A DNA stretch of 64,000 nucleotides from an uncultured bacterium (GTDB lineage Bacteria; Planctomycetota; UBA1135; GCA-002686595), in the NCBI GenBank assembly GCA_943787795.1, contig CALSNU010000002.1, positions 384,001 to 448,000 on the forward strand. The letters are read 5' to 3'. Numbering within the stretch: the first letter of the stretch is position 1; each line of letters begins with the position of its first letter. The translations under genes and the position numbers were made by a program. The notes beneath the pieces were generated by a model. That model was given only the letters and a program-made list of their open reading frames with translations, was not told where the DNA came from and made no database searches. Of the stretch, positions 38,995 through 48,320 are shown piece by piece.

Positions 38995-39600
38995 TCAGGC
39001 ACCTGCCCTGCGCAGCAGCCAGAGGTTCCGCGCCTGGACAAGGGGCCCGGGGAGGAAGCCGGCGATGAAGACCGGGTCCCCGAGCTCGACGACGTAGGCC
39101 AGCAGCAGCAGGTTGCCGGAGAGGCTGAGCCACCAGAAGGAGGCCGGGAAGTGGGCGTCCCCCGATCGCTCGCTGGCGTACCACTGGACGACGAAGCGCG
39201 AGCCGAAGAGTGACTGCCCAAGGAAGGCCACGGCGGGCCACAGCGCGTCGGATGTGCCCTCCGCGGCGCTCTTCAGGGCCAACGCCAGGAACCCCAGACC
39301 GCTGAGGCCGGCGAGCAGAAGGGCCGGGCGACGACTGAGCCGCCCAGCCTTGGAGCCGAGGTAGGCAATCGAGACGTTGCGCAGGTAGATGAGGAACGTC
39401 AGTCCGTAGCCCAGGCTCAGCGGCAGGTCGCCCAGGTGGATCGCGTAGCTGCCGAGGAGGACCGCCCCCGCAACCGAGAGCCACCAGAAGATCCGTGGCG
39501 CGACGCTCCTGCCCGCCCGCTCGGAGAGCAGCCACTGGACCAGAAATCTGGAGAAGTAGCAGGCATTACCCAGCCAGCCAATCGCCGCCATCCACGTCAT
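38995..39600 (-). CDS. Lipid-A-disaccharide synthase N-terminal (LAB_N) domain protein, tandem duplicated
   Basis: Two copies of G..FxSRFxVQW..SER.G....P..FWWLS..G. Confidence 0.85.
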   Translation of the reverse strand: MTWMAAIGWLGNACYFSRFLVQWLLSERAGRSVAPRIFWWLSVAGAVLLGSYAIHLGDLPLSLGYGLTFLIYLRNVSIAYLGSKAGRLSRRPALLLAGLSGLGFLALALKSAAEGTSDALWPAVAFLGQSLFGSRFVVQWYASERSGDAHFPASFWWLSLSGNLLLLAYVVELGDPVFIAGFLPGPLVQARNLWLLRRAGA

Positions 39601-39685
39601 ATCTTGGGGCGGGGGCTCCGAGTCGCTCCGTCAGGGAGCGCTCGACGGTCCAGCCTGCGCAGAGGCTAACACGCGGGCAGCCGGC

Positions 39686-40717
39686 TCAGCGGTTGCGGTA
39701 GACGGAGTGGCACTCGAGGCAGCTCTCAGCCACCACCCCGTAGGCCAGCTCAAGCTCATCCGAGCGGTCCGCCCCAGGCTCGGACCGGCAGTCCGTGAGG
39801 AGCTCCACGATCTTCCCGGTCCCCTCCCGGCTGTCCGTCAGCCAGGCGCGGAAGTCGTCGGCGAAGGTCGCCGTCTCGTCCATCTCGACGCAGGCATCAA
39901 GATGCTGGAGGACGGTGGTCGCAGAGCGGAGCGGATCGATATCCGGGTGATCGGCGCTCAGCTGCCAGTCGTTCTTGCGGATGAGCTTCACCTCATCCCA
40001 GGACCTGGTGAGGGTGATCATCGCCTCACGGATGCCGGACGGGCTCTGGGACGAGGCGAAGTCGAAGTCGTAGGCCGCGGTCTCCTCCGCCGTCGGGAAC
40101 TCCGCCGTCGCCACCGTGAGGTAGAGCCCCTCGTACTTCTTGGCGGTGGTGCACCAGTGCCGCATCTCTGCGATCGCGCGGTCTCGGTTCAGCCCGTCCA
40201 GGGCGACCGATCCGATCGCCGCCGCCGCGGGTCCGCGATGACGGCCGTGGAAGCAGTGGACGTAGAACGGCGCCTCGAGCTCGCGGAAGGCCTTGGCGAT
40301 CCGGAGCACCTGATCCTCGGTGATCCCCTTGTACTGGATCGGCACGTGCACATAGCGCAGACCAAGCAGCTCGGCTCCCTCGACGTCCGGCGCCTTGCCG
40401 TCCACCGAGAGGATGGTCTTGACGCCCCAGGCCTCGAGCTGAGCCAGGGCCTCACGGTCCACGGGCTCGCTGCCCGTGATGATCCGATCACTGAAGCGAT
40501 AGACGTTCTGCAGCCCGGGGTAGTTGCCCGGGGGCACCGCGGGCAGGGCGAAGTCACCCGCGGCATCCCACGCGCTGCCTTCGAGGGGCAGCGGGGGCGC
40601 CACCTGAGAGGTCATCGTGCCCGCGGACTCGACCCGCACGCCGCTCTCTCCCGCCTGGCAGGCCACCGCCGCGAAGGCGAGGAGCAGGGCCGTGTTGAGC
40701 TGAGGGGTGAAACGCAT
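39686..40717 (-). CDS. Lipoprotein: CX5R phosphatase-like domain fused to a C-terminal cytochrome c'-like heme domain
   Basis: Lipobox AVA-C; GVKTILSVD, YVHCFHGRHRG; terminal CLECH after a helical region. Confidence 0.75.
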   Translation of the reverse strand: MRFTPQLNTALLLAFAAVACQAGESGVRVESAGTMTSQVAPPLPLEGSAWDAAGDFALPAVPPGNYPGLQNVYRFSDRIITGSEPVDREALAQLEAWGVKTILSVDGKAPDVEGAELLGLRYVHVPIQYKGITEDQVLRIAKAFRELEAPFYVHCFHGRHRGPAAAAIGSVALDGLNRDRAIAEMRHWCTTAKKYEGLYLTVATAEFPTAEETAAYDFDFASSQSPSGIREAMITLTRSWDEVKLIRKNDWQLSADHPDIDPLRSATTVLQHLDACVEMDETATFADDFRAWLTDSREGTGKIVELLTDCRSEPGADRSDELELAYGVVAESCLECHSVYRNR

Positions 40718-40928
40718 GGGTCGGACGCTGGATCGCGGGGACGCACTCACCCAGGCAAGGGCTGTGCCATCCCCTCGTCACAGGGCCTGGCGGGCCCGAG
40801 AGGCCCCTCGGACGGAGGGGCTGTCACGGGACCGGAACAGGGCTGGACGCAGTCCGGAGAGGATAGCCGGGACGAGCCATCTCGGGGGCTGGAGGGCGCA
40901 CCCAGAGCGAACCAGCGCCTCGATCGAG

Positions 40929-41921
40929 TCAATCTGTCCCCAGCAGCTGCGCGGGAGCCCCCGGATCGGGGGTCTGGGGCAGGCTCCGCAGCGCGACGAG
41001 CGCCGCTCCGACCACGTTCGAGGCCCGGGGGGCCACGCAGCGAGCCGCAGGAACCCGGCGCTCCACGGCGCGGTGGACGAGCTCCCGGTAGGCCGGGACG
41101 TGCTCGCCGAGCCCCCCCGTCAACGCCACTTCCAGGGCCCCATTCCCGAAGTCCAGGGTCCTTGAGACCGCCTCGACGCACTCTGCGAGGCCATCCGCGC
41201 CCTCCTTGAGCAGTCCGAGGGCCACCGAATCGCCGGCATCTGCTGCCTCTGTCACGAGGCGCGCCAGCGCCGCGCGGCGGGACCGCACCTGGGTCCCGCT
41301 ATCGATGACCGGGAGCAGCTCGCGCATCTGTCCAAGTCCCAGGGTCTCCATCACCCTCGCCTCGAGCGCGGTGGCCGGCCCGCGTCCATCAAAGGCCCTG
41401 ATGGCCGCAATCATCGCTCCGGTCCCAAGCCAGGTCGCGCTCCCCACGTCATCCAGGAGGCTCCCCCAGCCCCCGCACTGGAACGTGCGCCCCGATCCGT
41501 CTCGGCCGTAGCAGGAGCTCCCGGTCCCGGCGATCAGGACGATCCCATCGCCGCCACCGAGCCCCCCGGCGAGGGCACCCACGAGATCGATGTCCACCGC
41601 GACCGCGCCGGGGGCCCCGATGCCGACCCTGGTGACCACGTCACGGACCGCCTCTCGGTTCCCAGGGGTCCCGACGCTCGCCATGGCGCAGAACACCGAA
41701 TCGGCCCGTCGCGGTTCGGCCCCGGCAGCGGCCCAGGCTTCACGCCAGGCCTCCTCCAGGTGCGACGCGAGCCGCGCCTCGCCCACGTCGTGGAGGTTGC
41801 CGCTCCCGCTCTGACCCTGGCCAAGTCTCCGACCGTCCCCGCCGACCAGCAGGACGCGAGTGCTCGTCCCGCCGCCGTCGATCCCGACGGCGACCGCCCC
41901 TGAGAGTGCCGACTCAGTCAC
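40929..41921 (-). CDS. BadF/BadG/BcrA/BcrD-family ATPase (N-acetylglucosamine kinase-like)
   Basis: GIDGGGTST, LIAGTGS, GGWGSLLDDVGS, LTGG, VGAA. Confidence 0.88.
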   Translation of the reverse strand: MTESALSGAVAVGIDGGGTSTRVLLVGGDGRRLGQGQSGSGNLHDVGEARLASHLEEAWREAWAAAGAEPRRADSVFCAMASVGTPGNREAVRDVVTRVGIGAPGAVAVDIDLVGALAGGLGGGDGIVLIAGTGSSCYGRDGSGRTFQCGGWGSLLDDVGSATWLGTGAMIAAIRAFDGRGPATALEARVMETLGLGQMRELLPVIDSGTQVRSRRAALARLVTEAADAGDSVALGLLKEGADGLAECVEAVSRTLDFGNGALEVALTGGLGEHVPAYRELVHRAVERRVPAARCVAPRASNVVGAALVALRSLPQTPDPGAPAQLLGTD

Positions 41922-43044
41922 CGGACCCCAGCGCCTCGAGCGCTTGAGTCACCCGCGCACGGTCAGGGTCAAGCTCGAGGGAGCGCTCGTACGCGACTCG
42001 CGCCTCGGCTGATCGACCGAGCTTCGCCAGCACGTTGCCACGGTGGTAGGCGACGCGCGCGAGGCTCGGCATCAGGTCGCCCAGGGGGTCCGCGAGCTCG
42101 TACTCCTCGAGGTCCGAGAGCGCGCGCTCCAGCTCGAACTCGCCGCTCGACCGCGCCTTCGCGGCCTGGTACATCGCCTGGAAGGAGCGCTGGGTCCTGG
42201 GCTCCTCGACGAGCCGATCAAACTCGGCCGCCGCGCCGCGCCACTCGTCCTTCTTGGACAGCAATTCGCCAACGTTGTAGATCACGTCAGGGTCGTCCGG
42301 GCGGCCCTCCTGCAGCGCGCGGAACCCGGCGAGCGCCTCGTCGATGCGCTCATCGTCCCCGACCAGCAGCTGGACCTCCCAGAAGTCGCGGCGGAAGGCG
42401 TCGAACTCCCCGAGCTCCTCGATCAGCCCCCTGGCCTTCTTCTTGTTCCCGATGGGCCACGGTCCAAAGGCGTAGACGATGATCTGGCGCACGCGCGCGT
42501 CCACGTTGGAGGGGTCGAGGGCGACCGCTGCGGCCAGCTCCGACTGGTAGCGCTTCACATCGTCGAGGGCGCCCACCATGGCAGCCACGCCACCCGTCTC
42601 GGCCTCCTTCACGACCCTCGCCATGATCGTCTCCGCGAGGATGAAGTGCGCCTGACTGTTCCCCGGGAGGCGCTCCACTCCCGTCTCCGCGAGCTCGAAG
42701 GCGCGGTCGAGGTCGCCAGTCATCCGGTTCCCCTCGGCGAGCAGGACCGTGAGGAGCCCCTGCTCCTCGCCGATCGCCTGGGCCAGGGCAGCCTCCACAC
42801 GCACGATCACCGCCTCCATCGCCACGCGATCCACCATCTCGCGGAGCCCCTCGAGATCGGGGAGGGGACGGGCGTCATCGCTCAAGTCCAGCTCGATGGC
42901 GCGGGCGCCAGAGCCGCTCGCGCGCGCGGCCTCAATCTCCTCGGCGCTGAGGTCCGTCGAGTCCGCCCCGGCCTTCATCCAGACGGCGAAGCTGACGATC
43001 GAGAGGACGATGAGCCCCAGGAGGAAGGTGATGAAGCGAGCCAT
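41914..43044 (-). CDS. Membrane-anchored TPR protein
   Basis: N-terminal TM helix; TPR motifs (VIYNVGELL, AYHRGNVLAKLG..EARVAYERSLELDP). Confidence 0.8.
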   Translation of the reverse strand: MARFITFLLGLIVLSIVSFAVWMKAGADSTDLSAEEIEAARASGSGARAIELDLSDDARPLPDLEGLREMVDRVAMEAVIVRVEAALAQAIGEEQGLLTVLLAEGNRMTGDLDRAFELAETGVERLPGNSQAHFILAETIMARVVKEAETGGVAAMVGALDDVKRYQSELAAAVALDPSNVDARVRQIIVYAFGPWPIGNKKKARGLIEELGEFDAFRRDFWEVQLLVGDDERIDEALAGFRALQEGRPDDPDVIYNVGELLSKKDEWRGAAAEFDRLVEEPRTQRSFQAMYQAAKARSSGEFELERALSDLEEYELADPLGDLMPSLARVAYHRGNVLAKLGRSAEARVAYERSLELDPDRARVTQALEALGSGD

Positions 43045-43082
43045 GGGCGGAGGATAGGCGACCGGCGCCGGGTTCAGACCGG

Positions 43083-44411
43083 CTAGTCGCGCTCCAATCC
43101 GGACTCTGACGGCGAGTCCCGCCAGGTGGGGACCTCCGGGCGCGGAATCCAATCGACCCCATAAAGGGAGGCGAAGGTCGGCGCGAGGCGGTCGTCGGTG
43201 AGGGAGAGGTGGAAGCCGACCGGGCTCGGGCCGAGGTCCTTGCCTCGACCGTTGAAGGTCGTCCGGCCCCAGCGGGTCCCGACGGCGACGAGCTCGAGAG
43301 CCTCGAACGAGCGGTCCTCGAGATCCAGAGTCGCCGTGCCGAGGAGCTCGCACTCGAGGCCGTGGGGGATCCTCCGCCGGGGGGTCCAGTTGTTGTCCCC
43401 CAGGAGCCAGGTGTCCGCCGATCTCGCCTTCGTGCTCCCGGAGAGCTCGACCGTCACCTTCGGGCCGTTCACCTCCACCACTCGACCAACGAGCCGCGCG
43501 CGCTCGATCTCCGCCGGGGCGTAGGGGAGGGTCTGCCCGCGAGCGTCGTCCACGAGGGCGTACCGCGCCAACCGGTCGGCCAGCGGCTGAAGGTCGATGC
43601 CCTCCGGTCCTGCAGGTCCAAAGAGGACATCCGCGAGGTCGGGCAGCATCGCCTTCACCTCCCCCTTCGAGTACCACACGGTGTCCCGGTTCCAGCGGTT
43701 CGAGGGGCTCGCGCTCAGCCCCTCGGGGGAGAGGTCGCGTGAGATCCTCGAGAGGGCCAGGCCGCCCTCGGGGAAGCCGTCCTCCCAGCGGTGAGCGGGG
43801 GCGCGATCCGCCTCGGGGTCCAGCCGCCGCTCGTCCTCGGTCAGGTCACCCCAGCGCTCCAGGGCCGCGTCAAGCATGGCGCCCACCCGCTCCGGCGAGC
43901 GGGAGTTGATGCGCCCGAGCACCTTGCCTCCAGGCGAGAAGACCCAGAAGCCCTGACGGGTCCCGCCGTCGGTGATGCGCTTGCCGCCGTTGCTCCAGCG
44001 CTGGAACAGGACGCAGTCGTCCTCGGATCCTCGCTGGAGGCGCCAGACCTCGTCCGCGGCGCAGGTGAAGCGGGCCGCCCGCTCGACGACCTCCTCGGTG
44101 AAGACAGACCTCCGGTCCGCCAGGCCATTGCCTCACGTGCACCCGAGCGGGTGCCCATTCATCAGCCAGAGCAGGAGCGGCCGCTCCTGCTCGCTCGCTC
44201 GCCGCACCCCGTCCATGAAGGTCGGCTCCCAGGCGATCTGAGCGAAGCGCAGGTCAGCCGCACCGGGCAGCAGGTGCGCGCGCCAATCCTCAAGGTCGAC
44301 GCGTCGCAGGAGGGGGCTGTCGACCTGAGATCCCGGGGGCGCCTCTGCAGGCAACGGCTGAGCCGGCGGCTCCTGCTGGAGCGCCGCCACGAGGAGGGAC
44401 GTGATGAGCAT
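43083..44411 (-). CDS. Probable exported selenoprotein (442 aa, Sec93 in a C-T-U-G motif, thioredoxin-like N-terminal domain)
   Basis: Single in-frame TGA at 44133-44135; frame stays open to TAG 43083; SECIS-like hairpin 11 nt downstream of the TGA. Confidence 0.8.
44103..44121 (-). promoter_or_regulatory. Bacterial SECIS-like hairpin
   Basis: mRNA: UGA-GGCAAUGGCCU(11 nt)-GGCGGACC-GGA-GGUCUGUC; 8-bp stem with two G.U pairs and a G-initiated loop. Confidence 0.7.
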
Positions 44412-44469
44412 GGGGCGAGCCTACTCGCTCACCCGCCTTCCGTCGAAGGGGCGTTCGGCGCCAGCCCGC

Positions 44470-46086
44470 TCAGTCCATGTGCGCGACGACGCGCTCGTCG
44501 CCCATCTGGAGCTTGAGCGCCACGCGCTGCGCGACCTTGCCGAAGAGGTTCTCCCACGTGCGGATGAAGCCCTTGACGGAGACGCGGCGGATGAAGTCCA
44601 CCGTCGTCCAGTAGCGCGGGCCGCGCAGCCCCTGGGCCTTGGCGTAGAGCTTGGCCTGCTCGGACACCATCCACTCGCTGTGGAGCATGTACATGATCAG
44701 GTAGAGCCGGCTCAGCCAGATCTGACGGATCATCGGCTTGATGAAGCGCATCATCCACGGGTTGCGGATGACGATCGGGAACAGCTTGTGGAGGTTCTCG
44801 ATCTGCCGCTTGTTCTCGAACTCGATGGACGAGGTCCGGTTGAACTTCACGGGGAAGTCGTCGTAGGCGGCGACCGCGTAGCCCATGTCCTCGGTCATCT
44901 CCTCGATGTCGAACATGGGGTACGGCTGCATGATCGAGACCAGCGGGTGGTCGACCTTGCAGCGAATGTTCAGCTCCACCGTCTCCAGCTCGTCGTCGAG
45001 CGAGGCGCCGGGCCCACCGAGCATGTTCAGGGAGCCGAGGCGGATGTCGTGCTCCTTGATCCAGCGCGCGGAGTCCTCGAGCTGCTGGAGCGTCGTGTTC
45101 TTGCGGAAGACGGCGTTACGGATGTAGTCGTTGGCCGACTCGAAGGCGATCCGCGCGTAGACGCAGCCTGCCTTCTTGAGCTTCTCGATGTGGTGCTCCC
45201 GCGTCATGTTCGCCATCAGGATGACGTCGAAGGGGAGCCCCACCTCCTTGGGGTACTTCTCGCAGAACTCGTCGAGCCACTTGCCCGAGAGGTTGAAGAT
45301 GTCGTCGAGGAAGTGGACGAACTTCAGGTTGTACTTGTCGCGGACGTCCTTGATCTCGGCGATCACGTGGTCGACGGTCCGCTTGCGCACGTACTTGGCA
45401 TTCGTGGTCCCGACCACCTTCTTCTTCAGCGCGTGGTGGAAGCAGAAGGAGCAGTTCATCGGGCAGCCGCGCTGGGTCACAAAGACCTTGCGGTCACTCT
45501 CTCGATAGAGGGACCCCGCGTCGTAGACGATGGAGCGATCGGGGAAGCCAAGAGAGTCCAGGTCCTGCACCGGCGGGCGCTGGGAGTTCTTCTGGATCTC
45601 ACCGGTCTCCCGGTCGCGGAACCACATGTTCTGAACGAACTGGTAGTCATCCCCTGCGGCGAGCAGGTCCAACAACTCCACGGTCGCCATCTCGCCCTCA
45701 CCGCGGCAGATCGCGTCCACGTGATCGTTGAGCTCGATCACCTCGGGGCTGAAGGTGGGGTGCGGTCCTCCGAAGAGGATGAACACGTCGGGGAGCTCGG
45801 TGCGGATGCGCTTCGCGATGTCCAGGAAGTACAGGTGCATCCCGGTGGTCACCGAGAAGCACACGACGTCGGGCTCGTAGTCCTTCGTCTTCTGGATCCA
45901 GTCGGTGTCCGGCAGGAAGAGCGCCTGCGCCTGGTGCCCCGCGTCCTTGATCGAGCGGCTCAGCCACATGAGCCCGAGCATCTCCTGCGGGAGATAGTCG
46001 TTGATGAAGAGGACCTTCATCGACTTGACCGGGCTCCTGGAGGTGATCGCCGTGGCCGTCTCGGGGCCGATATCGGTGAGCGTCAT
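44470..46086 (-). CDS. Cobalamin-binding radical SAM protein
   Basis: LGLMWLS, LFGGPHPTF, RGEGE, RGCPMNCSFC (CxxxCxxC), FLDDIF. Alternative start at 46020. Confidence 0.92.
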   Translation of the reverse strand: MTLTDIGPETATAITSRSPVKSMKVLFINDYLPQEMLGLMWLSRSIKDAGHQAQALFLPDTDWIQKTKDYEPDVVCFSVTTGMHLYFLDIAKRIRTELPDVFILFGGPHPTFSPEVIELNDHVDAICRGEGEMATVELLDLLAAGDDYQFVQNMWFRDRETGEIQKNSQRPPVQDLDSLGFPDRSIVYDAGSLYRESDRKVFVTQRGCPMNCSFCFHHALKKKVVGTTNAKYVRKRTVDHVIAEIKDVRDKYNLKFVHFLDDIFNLSGKWLDEFCEKYPKEVGLPFDVILMANMTREHHIEKLKKAGCVYARIAFESANDYIRNAVFRKNTTLQQLEDSARWIKEHDIRLGSLNMLGGPGASLDDELETVELNIRCKVDHPLVSIMQPYPMFDIEEMTEDMGYAVAAYDDFPVKFNRTSSIEFENKRQIENLHKLFPIVIRNPWMMRFIKPMIRQIWLSRLYLIMYMLHSEWMVSEQAKLYAKAQGLRGPRYWTTVDFIRRVSVKGFIRTWENLFGKVAQRVALKLQMGDERVVAHMD

Positions 46087-46299
46087 GGGGTGCGAGGCGT
46101 GGGGTGGCGAGTGGCCAATTGGGGCTCAGTACCCCCCGGGAAAGCGTCCGGCTACAGCGCGGCGCGACGGAGGTGACTCTCCAATGTTATCGGCATGTGA
46201 GCACCCGGGGCCTGCGGTACAGAAAACCAGGAACCGCTCGATCATGCCCTGAGAGGTCGAGCGCTCCACGAATGAGACGGTCCGGGGCTCGCCAGCCGT

Positions 46300-47463
46300 T
46301 CAGGCCCGCCCTGCGGCGCCTTCGAGGAGCTCCTCGACCCGCGCGAACGTCCGCTCCCGATCGAACCTCCCCTCCCGATGGTGAGCCGCCTCCACGAATC
46401 TCGCCCCCAAAGCGGGATCTGCAAGGATGCGACCCATCGCCACCGCCAGCCCCTCGGGATCCGAGGGGTCCACCAGCAAGCCGTTGACGCCGTCCTCCAC
46501 CACCTCCGGGTTGCCGCACACGCCGCTGGCGATCATCGGCGTGCCGATGGCCTGCACCTCGAGCAAGGTGTGGGAGAGCCCCTCGTACTCGCTGTTGAGG
46601 ACGAACACATCCGCGGCGCGAATGAGGAGCGGGATCCGCTCGTGGGGCACGTTGCCGAGGAAGCGCACCCGCGCCTCCACCCCCAGCTCCCGCGCGAGCG
46701 CCTCCCAGGGCTCCTGCATGTCGCCGTCCCCGGCCACGAGGAGGACCACGTCCTCGTCCAGCCGGGCGAGGGCGCGGATGATGCCGTCCACGCGCTTCCA
46801 TCCCATGAGTCGGCAAATGGTCAGGGCGTACCGGCAGCCACCCTCAAGGCCCAGCGAGGCCCTCGCGGACTCCCGCGTCTCGGGGACATCGCTGGATCGC
46901 GGCCCGTGGTACGCGTTGAGCACCGTCACGGCCTTGTCGGCGGGTACGCCGTGCTCCTTCACCAGGATGCCCCGCAGGAACTCGGAGCAGCAGATGATGC
47001 GCGAGGTCCAGCTCCACCAACGTCGCTGGAGCGCACGGGTGAGCCCGACCTTCCAGCCATAGGAGCGCCCCTGGAAGGTGACAATGTCATCGCCGCGCGC
47101 CCAACCCTTGCGGTGGGCGATCTCCCACGCACCGTCCACCATGATCCGGATCACCACGGGCCGCCGCCGCAGCCGAGCGGCGAGGACGTGGAGCAGGGCA
47201 AGGTGCTCCTGTACGTAGACCACGTCCGCCCACGCCGCCGCGCGCAGCACCGCGAAGAAGGCGCGCACGTAGCGAATCGGCAGGGGGCCGCGCGGAATCG
47301 CCTCGACCGGGAACGGGTGTCCCTCTGGCTGGCCGTCGCTGCAGAACGCGATCACCCGGACCTCATGGCCGCGGTCCACGAGGAAGCGACCGATGCTCGG
47401 CACATAGACCGCCGGCCCGCCGAGGTCGGGCGGGAACACAGGAGACGTGATGAGGACGCGCAT
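46300..47463 (-). CDS. Glycosyltransferase family 4
   Basis: FPPDLGG, RLMGWKR, SEYEGLSHTLLE, GNPEVV..G.NGLL. Confidence 0.92.
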   Translation of the reverse strand: MRVLITSPVFPPDLGGPAVYVPSIGRFLVDRGHEVRVIAFCSDGQPEGHPFPVEAIPRGPLPIRYVRAFFAVLRAAAWADVVYVQEHLALLHVLAARLRRRPVVIRIMVDGAWEIAHRKGWARGDDIVTFQGRSYGWKVGLTRALQRRWWSWTSRIICCSEFLRGILVKEHGVPADKAVTVLNAYHGPRSSDVPETRESARASLGLEGGCRYALTICRLMGWKRVDGIIRALARLDEDVVLLVAGDGDMQEPWEALARELGVEARVRFLGNVPHERIPLLIRAADVFVLNSEYEGLSHTLLEVQAIGTPMIASGVCGNPEVVEDGVNGLLVDPSDPEGLAVAMGRILADPALGARFVEAAHHREGRFDRERTFARVEELLEGAAGRA

Positions 47464-47536
47464 GGGGAGGGGGAGGCTCGCTGTAAGCAGCCTTGGGAGT
47501 CTAGTCCGCGGCCGCCTCAGCCCGCAGCGGCGCCCC

Positions 47537-47620
47537 GTGTCTCGGGTTCAAGGACAGGGAGTGTCTCCGGTTGAAGGCCCGTGCCTTCGGTTGAAGGCCC
47601 GTATCTCCGGTTGAGAGACG
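47537..47620. repeat. Intergenic ~20-bp direct repeats, four copies (consensus gtgtctccggttgaaggccc)
   Basis: Copies start at 47537, 47561, 47581 and 47601. Confidence 0.8.
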
Positions 47621-47633
47621 GGGAGACGCCAGC

Positions 47634-48089
47634 TCAGACGTGCATCAACCAAGACCCGCCCTCGGCGGGCTCCGGCCCCGCGACCAGCGGTCCATCCACG
47701 TCGAAGATGTCGAGGGCAGCGCTCCGCTCCAGGCACGTCCGGATCGCTCCCATGAGCTCCCGCGGCTCCGGGGGCTTCTCGAACCACTGGTGCATCCCCA
47801 TCACGAGCAACCGCATCAGCTCCGTCCGTGAGCGGGGCGCCGAGACGACGATGATCGGCGCCTGAGCCAGGTGGTCCAGGCCGCTCAGCACCTCAAGCAG
47901 CTGTTCGCCCCAGGCGCCCGGCAGGTCCAGGTCCATCACGATGGCGTCGATCTCCGGGTGCGAGCTGGCGCAGTCCAGGACCGCAATGGCGTCCTCACAG
48001 ACCAGCGGCCGGTGGCCCAGCGCCTTCACGAGGGAGGCGTAGTGCTCGCGCGTCTCGGGATCTTTCTCTGCGATGAGGACCTTCTGCAT
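47634..48089 (-). CDS. Single-domain response regulator (receiver)
   Basis: KVLIAEKD, IVMDLDLP, IIVVS, FEKP. Confidence 0.82.
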   Translation of the reverse strand: MQKVLIAEKDPETREHYASLVKALGHRPLVCEDAIAVLDCASSHPEIDAIVMDLDLPGAWGEQLLEVLSGLDHLAQAPIIVVSAPRSRTELMRLLVMGMHQWFEKPPEPRELMGAIRTCLERSAALDIFDVDGPLVAGPEPAEGGSWLMHV

Positions 48090-48235
48090 GGCTCGTCTGA
48101 ATGGGCTGGGCGTGGCGCCGTTCTCGGCCGCGTTCATCGACCGAGCCGGCAGGGAGCCACGGAGCCAATCCCTGTTACCTCCCACGTGCCTCGTTTTGCC
48201 GCAGCGACCGCGCACCCGCCGTCTCAAATCGAAGA

Positions 48236-48266
48236 CCGGCGAGCCCCCCCTCAGGGAGCTCGCCGG
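48236..48266 (-). terminator. Putative terminator after purF
   Basis: Minus strand ccggcgagctccc-tgagg-ggggctcgccgg hairpin followed by tcttcgattt. Confidence 0.55.
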
Positions 48267-48320
48267 CCTTGTGCTTCCGGGCTATGTCCGGCTCAGGGCC
48301 GCAAGTCAGAGGGTCACGAG

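Noticed and set aside
44133..44135. Genome-wide TGA reassignment to Trp or Gly as the explanation for read-through
   Set aside because: Many conserved genes here (folE2, hemB, pntB, ispG, hemE) end at TGA at the expected position, so any recoding must be site-specific
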